Assembly: GCA_027028505.1 (NCBI GenBank)
Contig: JALVJE010000229.1
Span: 1 to 53,815, forward strand
From: Bacteroidales bacterium
GTDB taxonomy: Bacteria; Bacteroidota; Bacteroidia; Bacteroidales; VadinHA17
Direction of reading: 5' to 3'
Length of the DNA stretch: 53,815 nt
A program made the position numbers and the translations under genes. Of this stretch, positions 1 through 9,025 are shown piece after piece. The notes beneath the pieces are model-generated. The model searched no databases. It was not told the origin of the DNA and saw nothing but the letters and a program-made list of their open reading frames with translations. The number at the start of each line of letters is the position of its first letter. Within the stretch, counting starts at the first letter, position 1.

Positions 1-1241
1 TCATCCATGAGAAGTACGGCCGGCTCACGGATCAGTTCCAGGGCAATGTTGAGACGTTTTCTCTGTCCTCCGCTGATGTACTTGTTCAGGGCGTTTCCTA
101 CCTGATGGTCTTTGACATAATACAGGTTCAGATCCAGAAGGACTTTCTCCACGCGGCGGACGATCTCCTCTTCAGGCAGATCGGCCAAACTGAGACGGGC
201 ATTGAAAAGAAGGTTCTGATATACGGTCAGCTCTTCGATGAGCAGGTCATCCTGGGGGACATACCCGATGAGTCCTTTGAGGCGATGCTTGTTCTTGTGG
301 ATATCATATCCGTTCAGATAGACTTTCCCGGAATGAGGTGTTCTTTTGCCGCAAAGCAATGTAAGAAGGGTGGATTTTCCGGAGCCGCTGCCCCCGAGGA
401 TGCCTACCAGGGTACCTCCGGTCTCGGAAAAAGTAAAAGGTTTTATGCCCAGATCGTTGGAGCGATACTGATAGCTGACCTCATGACCGTAAAAAAAGAT
501 CTTGTCAACATGAGATGATCGCTGAAACGACCTGACCACGTCGGTCTGATAGAGGGGGGACATATCTCCTTTATCATCCTTGATAACAGATCCGTCACGG
601 AAAAGGTAAACATCTTCGGGAAGAAGTGGTTTTTTGCTGATAGTGAGCTTTCTGTGGCCGGCATATTTTACGAACAACACATCGGCCTCCTGAATATATA
701 TGAAGACCAGACAGTCCCCTTTTTTTGAAATTTGTTGCGGAGGGACCAGTTTTTGTTCCCGGAAATCATACAAAAGAACATGTTCCGATGAACATTCTGA
801 AGGATCCTGCCGGGTCACGAAAAGGCGGATCTGCCGGGAGACCGTGTCGGAGATATAAAAATGGCTTGCCACGTGCTCCAGGAAAAGATCTTCTTCAGGG
901 GTGACGACATTGTCTTCATTGACGAAAACAACCAACCGCAGGAAGATGATCAATCGCTCCTTCCGGGTCAGGTCGTGATTCACTTTGTGGCAAACCTCCC
1001 CGGTGTGTTTTATAATAAATTCCTCCGGGCCGACCTTGTTCCCTGCGGATTCAAGGGTATTCCGGTAACTTCTGTGATATTCTTTCAGCAGGCTCAGGTA
1101 TTTTTTTATCTGATGCTGCATAACCCACCGTTCCAGATAAGAACGGACGATCCCCAGTGCTTTGGGACTGAGCTTGTCATCGTTTACCGCTGCCACTACG
1201 GCAAACAACTGTATCAGTGCATTGAGTACGGACTCTTTCAT
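1..1241 (-). CDS. ABCG-like ABC transporter ATP-binding protein with long N-terminal extension (3' end runs off the window start)
   Basis: Absent from the ORF track because it has no stop in the window. Translated by hand from ATG 1241: MKESVLNALIQLFA..., Walker A GILGGSGSGKST, signature and Walker B ISGGQRKRLNIALELIREPAVLLMD in frame at the window edge. Confidence 0.85.
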   Translation of the reverse strand, partial: MKESVLNALIQLFAVVAAVNDDKLSPKALGIVRSYLERWVMQHQIKKYLSLLKEYHRSYRNTLESAGNKVGPEEFIIKHTGEVCHKVNHDLTRKERLIIFLRLVVFVNEDNVVTPEEDLFLEHVASHFYISDTVSRQIRLFVTRQDPSECSSEHVLLYDFREQKLVPPQQISKKGDCLVFIYIQEADVLFVKYAGHRKLTISKKPLLPEDVYLFRDGSVIKDDKGDMSPLYQTDVVRSFQRSSHVDKIFFYGHEVSYQYRSNDLGIKPFTFSETGGTLVGILGGSGSGKSTLLTLLCGKRTPHSGKVYLNGYDIHKNKHRLKGLIGYVPQDDLLIEELTVYQNLLFNARLSLADLPEEEIVRRVEKVLLDLNLYYVKDHQVGNALNKYISGGQRKRLNIALELIREPAVLLMD

Positions 1242-1303
1242 GAGGCGGGATTATCTTCGGAAAAATACGGAAAATATGGCATAATGCCAGTAAGAGCCGG
1301 CGG

Positions 1304-1336
1304 AAAACAACAAAGCCCGGCAAATACCGGGCTTGT
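1304..1336 (-). terminator. Probable intrinsic terminator after the lipoprotein gene
   Basis: AAGCCCGG/CCGGGCTT hairpin followed on the minus strand by TTTGTTGTTTT. Confidence 0.5.
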
Positions 1337-1354
1337 CAATAAGTTATGGGAAAG

Positions 1355-2185
1355 TCAACTGAGCAGCTTGTTCCTTATCTTTTCCACTTCGGCAGAGATG
1401 GCGTTTAACTGTTTTTCCGTCATGCTGTCCCCGGCCTCATCATAAAGTTTTTTCAGGGGCTGCAGGGTGTTGATGAGGTTGTCCATGGAAGCATCCCCTT
1501 TTCTTTCGTTCAGGACATCCAACAGCTTGTCCAGCGACTTTTTCTGGTCGGCAATGATCTTGACCAGCTCATAGTTGTCGTACGAATTGGCCGATACATG
1601 GGTGGTCAGATAGAGCGCTTCTATCCAACCGCCGGTGACCATCATCAGGGCAATGTCCCCTTTTCCGTTTTGGTTCAGCTTGTTGTAACTCTCAAAAAGA
1701 ACGTTGGTGAGAATATTTACCAGGGAATCCTTGTTGTTAAGGTTGTTGTTGATCCGCTTGATGATCTTTTCATTGTACACATCCTGAAGATAAAGTTCGC
1801 TGGCAAGTTTTTTTATAACATCCAGGTAAGAGATAACATCCTGTTGCATGTTATAGACACTGGCATAGCTCAGGTCAGAACCATAGACACCCAAAGCAAT
1901 GGCCTTGCTGCCGGAGGACATGTACTTGTCCACATTTTCAATGGGATTGCTGATGCCGATGATATAGCTGATGCCTATATCCTGCAGCATCTGGACAACC
2001 TCCATCGAGGTAGGCAGGGGATAAAGGAATTCCTGGACCTGTTTGCGGATCTCCTGTTTGTTCTCGATGGGCAGGTTCCCGGAAGAGACAGCTTCACCGG
2101 CATTTTTTTTGCTCTTGCAACCGGTGGTCACAAGAAGGGCAGAAAGAACCAGAAAAGTCCCGTAATATAACATCTGTTTTTTCAT
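1355..2185 (-). CDS. Uncharacterised helical lipoprotein (paralog 1)
   Basis: Start moved to MKKQML (ATG 2185). Lipobox LVTTGC; motifs ALGVYGSDLSY and GGWIEALY shared with the next gene. Own TATATTTG element at 2240-2247. Confidence 0.75.
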   Translation of the reverse strand: MKKQMLYYGTFLVLSALLVTTGCKSKKNAGEAVSSGNLPIENKQEIRKQVQEFLYPLPTSMEVVQMLQDIGISYIIGISNPIENVDKYMSSGSKAIALGVYGSDLSYASVYNMQQDVISYLDVIKKLASELYLQDVYNEKIIKRINNNLNNKDSLVNILTNVLFESYNKLNQNGKGDIALMMVTGGWIEALYLTTHVSANSYDNYELVKIIADQKKSLDKLLDVLNERKGDASMDNLINTLQPLKKLYDEAGDSMTEKQLNAISAEVEKIRNKLLS

Positions 2186-2264
2186 CTTCGTAGTATTTAT
2201 AATTTCAATATTTTCAGAATTTTGCCGATAAATATTTTCCAAATATAGTGATTCCCTGAATAAA

Positions 2265-3212
2265 TTATTTGTTCAGGATCTTATTTCGTAATTCCAGAAT
2301 GATCTCACGGATCTTATTCAGGGTTTCCGGAGAAAAACGGATGTTCTCCGGAGTGGCCCGGATCTCTTTGTTTTCTCTGTCAATTTTGATCTCTTGTTCG
2401 CGAAACTCTATCTCTGTCTTGTTAAGGTATTTCTTCAAAACATATAACCTGCGGTAAACATAGGCCACGTTGGTATCGTTGTAGTAGTTTTTCATGGAAG
2501 AGAGCAGGTAATTGAGGGAGAATTTCTGTTCAATGACCTTTTTGATCACATCCGGATCATTATCGTTCAGCAGATCATGGGCCGTGATATACATGGCCTC
2601 TATCCAGGCCCCGGCCAGGATGAGGTAAGCCAGGTCTTCTTCATTTTCTCCGAGAAGGAATTTATTGATGTGATTGAAGGCCTCGATGGATATCTGCATG
2701 AGCGAGTCACCGTTGGAGATGTTATCATCCATCCTTTTCACCAGGCCGGAGATATAATCACCGGGGATCCCCAGCTGACCTGTGAGCTTTAGGATCACAT
2801 CCAGGTATTTGGCCGCATCTGCGGAACCGAACAACTGAATGTAGCTGAGATCGGCACCGTAGATACCCAGGTTAAGGGCGATCTGTGTCTTGGTGGAGAA
2901 AATATTGGGGTTTTTCACCGGGCTCAGGATATCCGGATCATAGGTGATGTGCTTTCTCCCGAAGATCCCGGACACCTCGGCAGGCGAATAGATGCCATAA
3001 TAAATACCGCTGCTGCCGGAAGAAGAGGACTCTACAGAAGAGGCGGTCAATGTGTCTGTCTCCGGTGAGGCCTGAAAAGACAGGGTCTCACTGTACAGAT
3101 CAGCATCTCCCTTTTTCTGATCACTGCAGGATTGAGAAAAAAAGGACAGGAGGAGGATCACTGTACCCGCAATAAAGGCGGGGATCAATGCTTTATGATT
3201 TGAGCCTTTCAT
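2265..3212 (-). CDS. Uncharacterised helical lipoprotein (paralog 2)
   Basis: Start moved to MKGSNH (ATG 3212). Hydrophobic segment then SQSC lipobox; motifs LNLGIYGADLSY and GAWIEAMY. TATCTTTG at 3219-3226. Confidence 0.75.
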   Translation of the reverse strand: MKGSNHKALIPAFIAGTVILLLSFFSQSCSDQKKGDADLYSETLSFQASPETDTLTASSVESSSSGSSGIYYGIYSPAEVSGIFGRKHITYDPDILSPVKNPNIFSTKTQIALNLGIYGADLSYIQLFGSADAAKYLDVILKLTGQLGIPGDYISGLVKRMDDNISNGDSLMQISIEAFNHINKFLLGENEEDLAYLILAGAWIEAMYITAHDLLNDNDPDVIKKVIEQKFSLNYLLSSMKNYYNDTNVAYVYRRLYVLKKYLNKTEIEFREQEIKIDRENKEIRATPENIRFSPETLNKIREIILELRNKILNK

Positions 3213-3253
3213 CCAATACAAAGATATAAAAACTTTTTGCGCATGGAAACAGA

Positions 3254-5206
3254 TCAAAGGGGCTGTATGGTTCGTCCTCCCATCTGCAGGGAGATCTCTC
3301 TTTTTATACGGGAGAGTTGCAGGACCTTTTCGAAAAGGTGGTCTTCCAGGTCCTGGTTGCCGGCCTCCTGGGCTTCTTTCAGCTCCTTCGAATACCGGGA
3401 CAAGGCCTCTTCGATCTTTTTGTTCTTAAGGGCCAGGATCGTATTGGGAACGATCTGTTTGATCTTCATCTCCTCGGTCTCCGGATGATTGTCATGTTTG
3501 GACCAGATCTTGCTGATCACATAAGGATTTGAGACCAGGTCGGCCACATAACGGCTGATCTCAGGATCAGCATGATTGACAAAATGCTTAAGGTCTACCT
3601 TTCCCTTGTTTCTGAACACCTCCACATATTCGTCATAAATGATCTTGGTCAGTGAATGACCGGGCTCGAGCCCGTCGGCATTCAGCTCGTTGAGGATATA
3701 TTCAGCTACGGAAATGGTCTTCAGTCTGGGCTTTTTCCCGACGGTCATGGTTTGTGAAGAGCCGTACATCAGCAACAACCGGAGCAGCTCCTTTTCGAAA
3801 TCCTCTGAGGACATTTGTTCCGGCCGGACAGGCTGTGGCCTTTGGGACGGTGGAGCTACAATGTTTTCCTCCATCTTCCGGTAATTCCTCATTTTTTTAT
3901 CTACCTGCTTCCGGCGGATCTTATTGATCTCGTAGTAAAGAGTTTCCTCCTCAACATCCAGCAGACGGCTGCATTCTTTTACGTACACCGAGCGGGTGAT
4001 GCTGTCGGGGATGACGGCAATGGACCCCACGATGTTGCGGATCATGCCGGCCTGTTTGATGGGATCGGCGCTCGCCTCTTCCGAGAGCAGTCGCGTCTTA
4101 AAATGGATGAAATCCTGTTCGTTGGCTGTGATGAACTCTTTCAGTTCGGAAGAGGAGTGTTTTTTGGAAAAAGAGTCGGGGTCTTCCCCGTCAGGGAGGA
4201 GCAGCACGCGTACGTTCATCCCCTCCTCCAGGATCATGTCTATGCCCCGCAGCGAGGCTGCTATGCCGGCAGAATCGCCGTCATAAATAATGGTGATGTT
4301 CTTGGTGAAGCGTTTGATCAGGCGGATCTGCTCCTCTGTCAGGGAAGTTCCTGACGATGCCACCACATTTTCTATGCCGTTCTGATGCAGGGAGAGCACA
4401 TCGGTATAACCCTCCACCAGATAACACCGGTCCTCTTTCAGGATCGCCTTACGGGCCAGGGAAATGCCGTAAACGATCCGGCTTTTATGGTAGATAGGAG
4501 ATTCGGGAGAGTTGACATATTTGGCTGCCTTTTCCGTCTTTTTCAATACGCGGCCACCGAAGCCCAGCACCCTTCCCGAAACACTGTGGATAGGGAAAAT
4601 AACACGCCCGGCAAAACGGTCCCGCAAACGGGGCCCCGACTCAATGGTAAGACCGGATTTTACAAGATACTCCTGCTTATATCCGGCTTTTAAGGCAGCT
4701 TGGGTAAATTCATCGGAACGTCCGGGACAATAACCGATATCAAAAGCTTTGAGGGTCTCCTGGATAAATCCTCTTTCCTTGAAATAGGTAAGAGCCACAG
4801 ACATGCCTTCGAGGTTGTTGTACAGACTCTCGATAAAAAAGTTCTTGGCAAATTCGGTCACGGCAAAAAGGCTCTCACTCTCCTGTTGCTCACGGACCTC
4901 TTCGTCGGTGAGCTCACGCTCTTCGATCTCGATGTGGTATTTTTTGGCCAGATAACGCAGGGCTTCCGGATAGGAGAGGTGCTCATACTCCATGATGAAG
5001 TTGACTACGTTCCCTCCCTTGCCACAACCAAAGCATTTAAAGATCCCTTTTGAAGGAGAGACGGAAAAAGAGGGGGTTTTTTCGTTGTGAAAAGGACAAA
5101 GGCCCAAGTAATTGGCCCCCCGTTTTTTCAAAGAGACAAAATCCCCGATAACATCCACTATATCAGCGGTGTCCAATATACGTTGTATGGTCTGGGGATC
5201 GATCAT
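3254..5206 (-). CDS. dnaG: DNA primase
   Basis: CHC2 zinc finger (CPFHNEKTPSF, CFGC), KYVNSPES, TOPRIM motifs VEGYTDV and YDGDSAG, DPD. Confidence 0.97.
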   Translation of the reverse strand: MIDPQTIQRILDTADIVDVIGDFVSLKKRGANYLGLCPFHNEKTPSFSVSPSKGIFKCFGCGKGGNVVNFIMEYEHLSYPEALRYLAKKYHIEIEERELTDEEVREQQESESLFAVTEFAKNFFIESLYNNLEGMSVALTYFKERGFIQETLKAFDIGYCPGRSDEFTQAALKAGYKQEYLVKSGLTIESGPRLRDRFAGRVIFPIHSVSGRVLGFGGRVLKKTEKAAKYVNSPESPIYHKSRIVYGISLARKAILKEDRCYLVEGYTDVLSLHQNGIENVVASSGTSLTEEQIRLIKRFTKNITIIYDGDSAGIAASLRGIDMILEEGMNVRVLLLPDGEDPDSFSKKHSSSELKEFITANEQDFIHFKTRLLSEEASADPIKQAGMIRNIVGSIAVIPDSITRSVYVKECSRLLDVEEETLYYEINKIRRKQVDKKMRNYRKMEENIVAPPSQRPQPVRPEQMSSEDFEKELLRLLLMYGSSQTMTVGKKPRLKTISVAEYILNELNADGLEPGHSLTKIIYDEYVEVFRNKGKVDLKHFVNHADPEISRYVADLVSNPYVISKIWSKHDNHPETEEMKIKQIVPNTILALKNKKIEEALSRYSKELKEAQEAGNQDLEDHLFEKVLQLSRIKREISLQMGGRTIQPL

Positions 5207-5317
5207 TACCGGAGAAATTTAAGGTATACGAAATTACGGAAATTAGTTGGATAATGGATTGTCCCGGAAGATAAAAAAACAGGGATTTTATTAACTTGGG
5301 GTCGGTAAGTATATGAA

Positions 5318-6025
5318 ATGAAAGAAATGAAGAATCTGGTCGTTCTGTCGGGTGCGGGAATAAGTGCGGAGAGCGGGCTGAAAACTTTCCGGGATATGGG
5401 GGGCTTGTGGGAGCAGTATGATATTACCGAGGTGGCCTCTCCCGAGGGATGGCGGAAGGACCCGGCGCGGGTGCTGCGTTTTTACAATGAGCGCAGAAAA
5501 CAACTGCTGGCAGCCCGGCCCAATGAGGGGCACAGGGTACTGAAAGAACTGGAAAAGTATTTCAGGGTGTATATTATTACACAGAACATTGACGATCTGC
5601 ATGAACGTGCCGGCAGCCGGGAGGTGCTTCACCTGCACGGCGAACTGAGAAAAGCACAAAGCACCGCCGACCCTTCCCTGGTATATGACATCGAAGGAGC
5701 AGAGCTGAACATGGGCGACCTGTGTGAAAAAGGATCGCAGCTGAGGCCTCACGTGGTATGGTTCGGCGAACCGGTGCCGGCCATGGACAAAGCGGTAGAG
5801 ATCGTACGGCAGGCAGATCTGTTCGTGATCACCGGGACATCACTGAACGTGTATCCGGCGGCCGGGCTGGTGCAGTATACCCAGCCTGACTGTCAAGTTT
5901 ATGTGATCGATCCCGCAGACATACGGGTGCCTGTCCGGAGGGAGGTGACCTATATCCGTAAAAAAGCTTCGGCCGGACTGAGAGAATTAAAAGAGCTTCT
6001 CACCGGTCAGGAAGAGGAGGATTAG
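5318..6025 (+). CDS. cobB: NAD-dependent protein deacylase (Sir2 family, class III-like)
   Basis: GAGISAESGLKTFR, FYNERR, TQNIDDLHERAG, HG, RPHVVWFGE, GTSLNVYPAA. Confidence 0.93.
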   Translation: MKEMKNLVVLSGAGISAESGLKTFRDMGGLWEQYDITEVASPEGWRKDPARVLRFYNERRKQLLAARPNEGHRVLKELEKYFRVYIITQNIDDLHERAGSREVLHLHGELRKAQSTADPSLVYDIEGAELNMGDLCEKGSQLRPHVVWFGEPVPAMDKAVEIVRQADLFVITGTSLNVYPAAGLVQYTQPDCQVYVIDPADIRVPVRREVTYIRKKASAGLRELKELLTGQEEED

Positions 6026-6720
6026 CGGGCCAGGGCCAGCGATACAATACTGATCCGGGCAGGGGCCACGGCCAGGATCGCCGAGGCACAGGCCTCCAGC
6101 GTGGCTCCGGTGGTGATCACATCATCCACCAGTAGCAGATGCTTGCCGGCAAAGACGGCAGGATCCCTTACCGCGAAGATCCCTTCTACATTTTCCCAGC
6201 GCTGGTACCTGCCTTTCCGTGTCTGCGTCGGATTGTATACCCTGCGGTAAAGAACATCCGGCACAAGAGGCTTGTGCAGCACCTCTGCCAGACCCCGACC
6301 GATGTATTCACTCTGGTTAAATCCCCGCTGCTTCATCTTTCTCCGGTGCAAAGGTACGGGTACAATAACATCTGTTTCCAAGAAAGGAGCGAGTCCGGAT
6401 AGTTTCCTGCCGAAATACCGGCCTGTATCATACCCCAGCTCTTTATTGCCATGGTATTTTATTTCCCTGATCAGCCGGCTGGCTTTATTGCCCTTCTCGT
6501 AGTTGAGAAAGGAGATCACCCCTTCAAAAGGAATACGGCCCCAGAAGACCCTGGCCACAGGGTTGTCTTCCGGATCCCGGATCCCCGTGACGGGAAGGTC
6601 GTTCAGACATTGCAAACAGATCCTGTTCTCACCTGCCTGCAGAACGTTCCCACACAAAGGGCATACCTGCGGGAACAACTGATCGATCACCATCCGGAAA
6701 CCTGTAAAGATGCGTTTCAA
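6022..6720 (-). CDS. comF: ComF family protein (zinc ribbon plus PRTase)
   Basis: CPLC/CLQC, PVPLH, RGFNQS, LLVDDVITTGAT. Likely start is TTG 6720; start uncertain. Confidence 0.88.
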   Translation of the reverse strand: MKRIFTGFRMVIDQLFPQVCPLCGNVLQAGENRICLQCLNDLPVTGIRDPEDNPVARVFWGRIPFEGVISFLNYEKGNKASRLIREIKYHGNKELGYDTGRYFGRKLSGLAPFLETDVIVPVPLHRRKMKQRGFNQSEYIGRGLAEVLHKPLVPDVLYRRVYNPTQTRKGRYQRWENVEGIFAVRDPAVFAGKHLLLVDDVITTGATLEACASAILAVAPARISIVSLALAR

Positions 6721-6781
6721 AAGGGTGGATTTTTTCCTGTTTTTAATATCTTGCAATAAAATTAAAAAGAAAAACCGATAC

Positions 6782-6808
6782 ATAATGAACACTGGTTCAT
6801 TATATTTG
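6782..6808 (+). promoter_or_regulatory. Palindromic operator overlapping the -7 promoter element of the DUF134 operon
   Basis: ATAATGAAC-ACTG-GTTCATTAT (perfect 9-4-9 inverted repeat, 6782-6803) overlapping TATATTTG (6801-6808). Confidence 0.65.
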
Positions 6809-6821
6809 CAAAAAAGAGATC

Positions 6822-7391
6822 ATGTCCCCCAGACCTAGGAAAAGCAGAAATATGGGTGATCCTCCCAGGATCCAGGGATTTATCCCGGTAGGCAATATTG
6901 TCTCCCGTGACAGGGAGCCCGTGATCATTCTGTATGAGGAGTGGGAGGCTTTCAGGTTAGTGGATTACAACTCGCTTTCTCATCTGGAAGCTGCCAGGCA
7001 AATGGGCGTCTCCCGGCCTACGCTGACACGTATCTATGACCAGGTCAGAAAAAAGCTGGCGCAGGCCATGGTGGAAGGCAGGGAGATCAGGATAGAAGGC
7101 GGATATGTGGGGTTTCACGAAGACTGGTATCGTTGTAAAAATTGTAATGAAGTCTTCTCACTGGAACCGGGGGCTGAAAAAAAATGTCCCCGGTGCGGAT
7201 CGGAGGATCTGATACATCTGAATGAAACGGTCCGGAACTGGCAAAGAAAACGCGGACATGGTCGTTGGAGGGGAATGGCTGCCGGATACTGTGTATGTCC
7301 GGCCTGTGGCACAAAGGTGGACCATGAGCCCGGAAGACCTTGTAACTCGTATGTTTGCCCCAACTGTGGCGAGACCATGGTCCGGCAGTGA
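6822..7391 (+). CDS. DUF134 (UPF0251) HTH protein with C-terminal Cys-rich metal-binding domains
   Basis: MSPRPRKSR start, EEWEAFRLVDY, AARQMGVSRPT HTH, IEGG; then CKNC..CPRC and CVCPAC..C..CPNC. Confidence 0.85.
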   Translation: MSPRPRKSRNMGDPPRIQGFIPVGNIVSRDREPVIILYEEWEAFRLVDYNSLSHLEAARQMGVSRPTLTRIYDQVRKKLAQAMVEGREIRIEGGYVGFHEDWYRCKNCNEVFSLEPGAEKKCPRCGSEDLIHLNETVRNWQRKRGHGRWRGMAAGYCVCPACGTKVDHEPGRPCNSYVCPNCGETMVRQ

Positions 7392-7422
7392 GCAGGAAAA
7401 AGAAATTTCAAAGGGAGAGAAA

Positions 7423-7776
7423 ATGAATAAGGAACGTTTTACCGGAAAGATCGCCATCCCTGTGGAAGACGGAAAATTAAGCGTTCATTTTGGCCAGAGC
7501 CATAATTTTTTTCTCTATGAGATCAGGGAGGGCGTATTGAAAAAAAAGGAAGAGGTTGTACCACCGGAACACGAACCGGAAGTTTATCCACGGTGGCTCG
7601 CCGGCAAGGGAGTGACGGATGTGATCACCGGTGGGATAGGCCGGAAGGCGATCGATGTTTTTCTGGAAAAAAGGATCAATGTGTTTGACGGAGCTCCCGT
7701 AAAAGAGGCCGATGATCTGCTGGCTGATTTTCTGGCAGGCCACCTGGAATCACTGGGAAACTATTGTGATCACTGA
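7423..7776 (+). CDS. NifB/NifX family Fe-Mo cofactor-binding-like protein
   Basis: Start moved to ATG 7423. KIAIPV, HFGQS, VITGGIG, C-terminal CDH. Usual partner of DUF134 genes. Confidence 0.85.
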   Translation: MNKERFTGKIAIPVEDGKLSVHFGQSHNFFLYEIREGVLKKKEEVVPPEHEPEVYPRWLAGKGVTDVITGGIGRKAIDVFLEKRINVFDGAPVKEADDLLADFLAGHLESLGNYCDH

Positions 7777-8870
7777 AAGGTGAATTTCAGAAGGATGAAT
7801 TTTTCTTCCGGGGAGATATCCTGTAATATGATGCGGGGAGGTTTGTCAGGATAACCTGGAAACCGGGAGAGTTTTTCCAGGGTCTCCGGGTCAAAACCAC
7901 TGTTCATCCCCAAAGAGTTTTCATTCAGATTTCCCGAGAAAAGAGCGTTGAAAAAAGAGAGGATCTTGTCCGATGAGGGGAGGGATACAGGCATTGCGGA
8001 AAAAACGGAAAGGCCGGCAGGATCATTTACAAAATAGATCAGACAGGGCTTTTTCCCTGAAGACTGTTGAATGACAGACACCGCAGTGCAAAGCTCCGGA
8101 AAATTATCCAGCAGGGCATGGAACTTGTTTTCGGGGGTGTTTTCGTACCGGAATCCCAGCGCACCGGCCACATGGTTTCTCAGTCCGGCGGGGAACATGG
8201 CAGGATACTCCTCCCGTAATACGAACCATGTGGAAGGACCGGCCAGTAAGCGATGCAGTTCTTTTGCCACGGGAATACCCTCGCCGACGGGGATCTCCTG
8301 CTCTTTACCCCGATCAGCGACCATGATATTGAAAAAAAACCATGAATACTGATCTCCGGCACGCAGGAATTCGTAAGAGATGACATTTTCCGATTTTCTG
8401 GCGATCTCGATCAATCCCAGCCCGGCGCCCCCTTTATCTGAGAGCACTTCATTTTTCAGGATCCTCTTGTAATATTTGTTCAGCTCTTCTTTCCCCAAAG
8501 CATTGAGGGAATCGATCTTTTTCCTGATGTTACGGACATTGTTGTTTTCGACCAGGTTCTTCAGTGTGAAAATAAAATGTCCGTTGATGTATTGGAACAA
8601 AAGGGCTCCCGACGAACGGGGAAGAGGTTTTTCCGGCAGGACCTGGTGCCTCACCACATTCTGCATGGCTTCTACCAGAATATAAAAAGCCCTTTTTTGT
8701 ATCTTGACCGGAGCTCCCTTGCTGTGAAAAAGATATTCGAATATGTTGATCAGGGCATCAGCCGTGGATGAGGATATTTCTCCCTGATAGACCAGTTCAA
8801 TGTTGTGATCCATGAACAGCCTGTAGGCCGGATAAATGATGTTGTTATAGGGGTTATTGTTATTAGTCAT
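7770..8870 (-). CDS. SiaB-family (GHKL-type) protein kinase with extra C-terminal domain
   Basis: LVYQGEI, ILVEAMQNVVRH (N-box), NLV, LSDKGGAGLGLIEIARKS (G-box). Start uncertain. Confidence 0.75.
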   Translation of the reverse strand: MTNNNNPYNNIIYPAYRLFMDHNIELVYQGEISSSTADALINIFEYLFHSKGAPVKIQKRAFYILVEAMQNVVRHQVLPEKPLPRSSGALLFQYINGHFIFTLKNLVENNNVRNIRKKIDSLNALGKEELNKYYKRILKNEVLSDKGGAGLGLIEIARKSENVISYEFLRAGDQYSWFFFNIMVADRGKEQEIPVGEGIPVAKELHRLLAGPSTWFVLREEYPAMFPAGLRNHVAGALGFRYENTPENKFHALLDNFPELCTAVSVIQQSSGKKPCLIYFVNDPAGLSVFSAMPVSLPSSDKILSFFNALFSGNLNENSLGMNSGFDPETLEKLSRFPGYPDKPPRIILQDISPEEKFILLKFTFQ

Positions 8871-9025
8871 GCAATCATTCAACAGCTAATTCCTAGTAAA
8901 TTTAATAATTATTTTTCTATAGTCATGAAAAATCAAATTTACACAGAAAGAAAATACCGGTATTCTCCCGGGAAATACCCTGAGAATACGGTCATTTTCC
9001 ATGGATATTTGCTGTAAGGATACTT

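Noticed and set aside
105-1445. Plus-strand ORFs of 137 and 194 aa
   Set aside because: Antisense to the ABC transporter gene identified on the minus strand.
5318-6025. Sir2 protein as an anti-phage NADase
   Set aside because: Short canonical CobB-type deacylase among housekeeping genes, with no defence partners.
7423-7776. Nitrogen fixation inferred from the NifX-like gene
   Set aside because: The family is widespread in non-diazotrophs and no nif structural genes are present.
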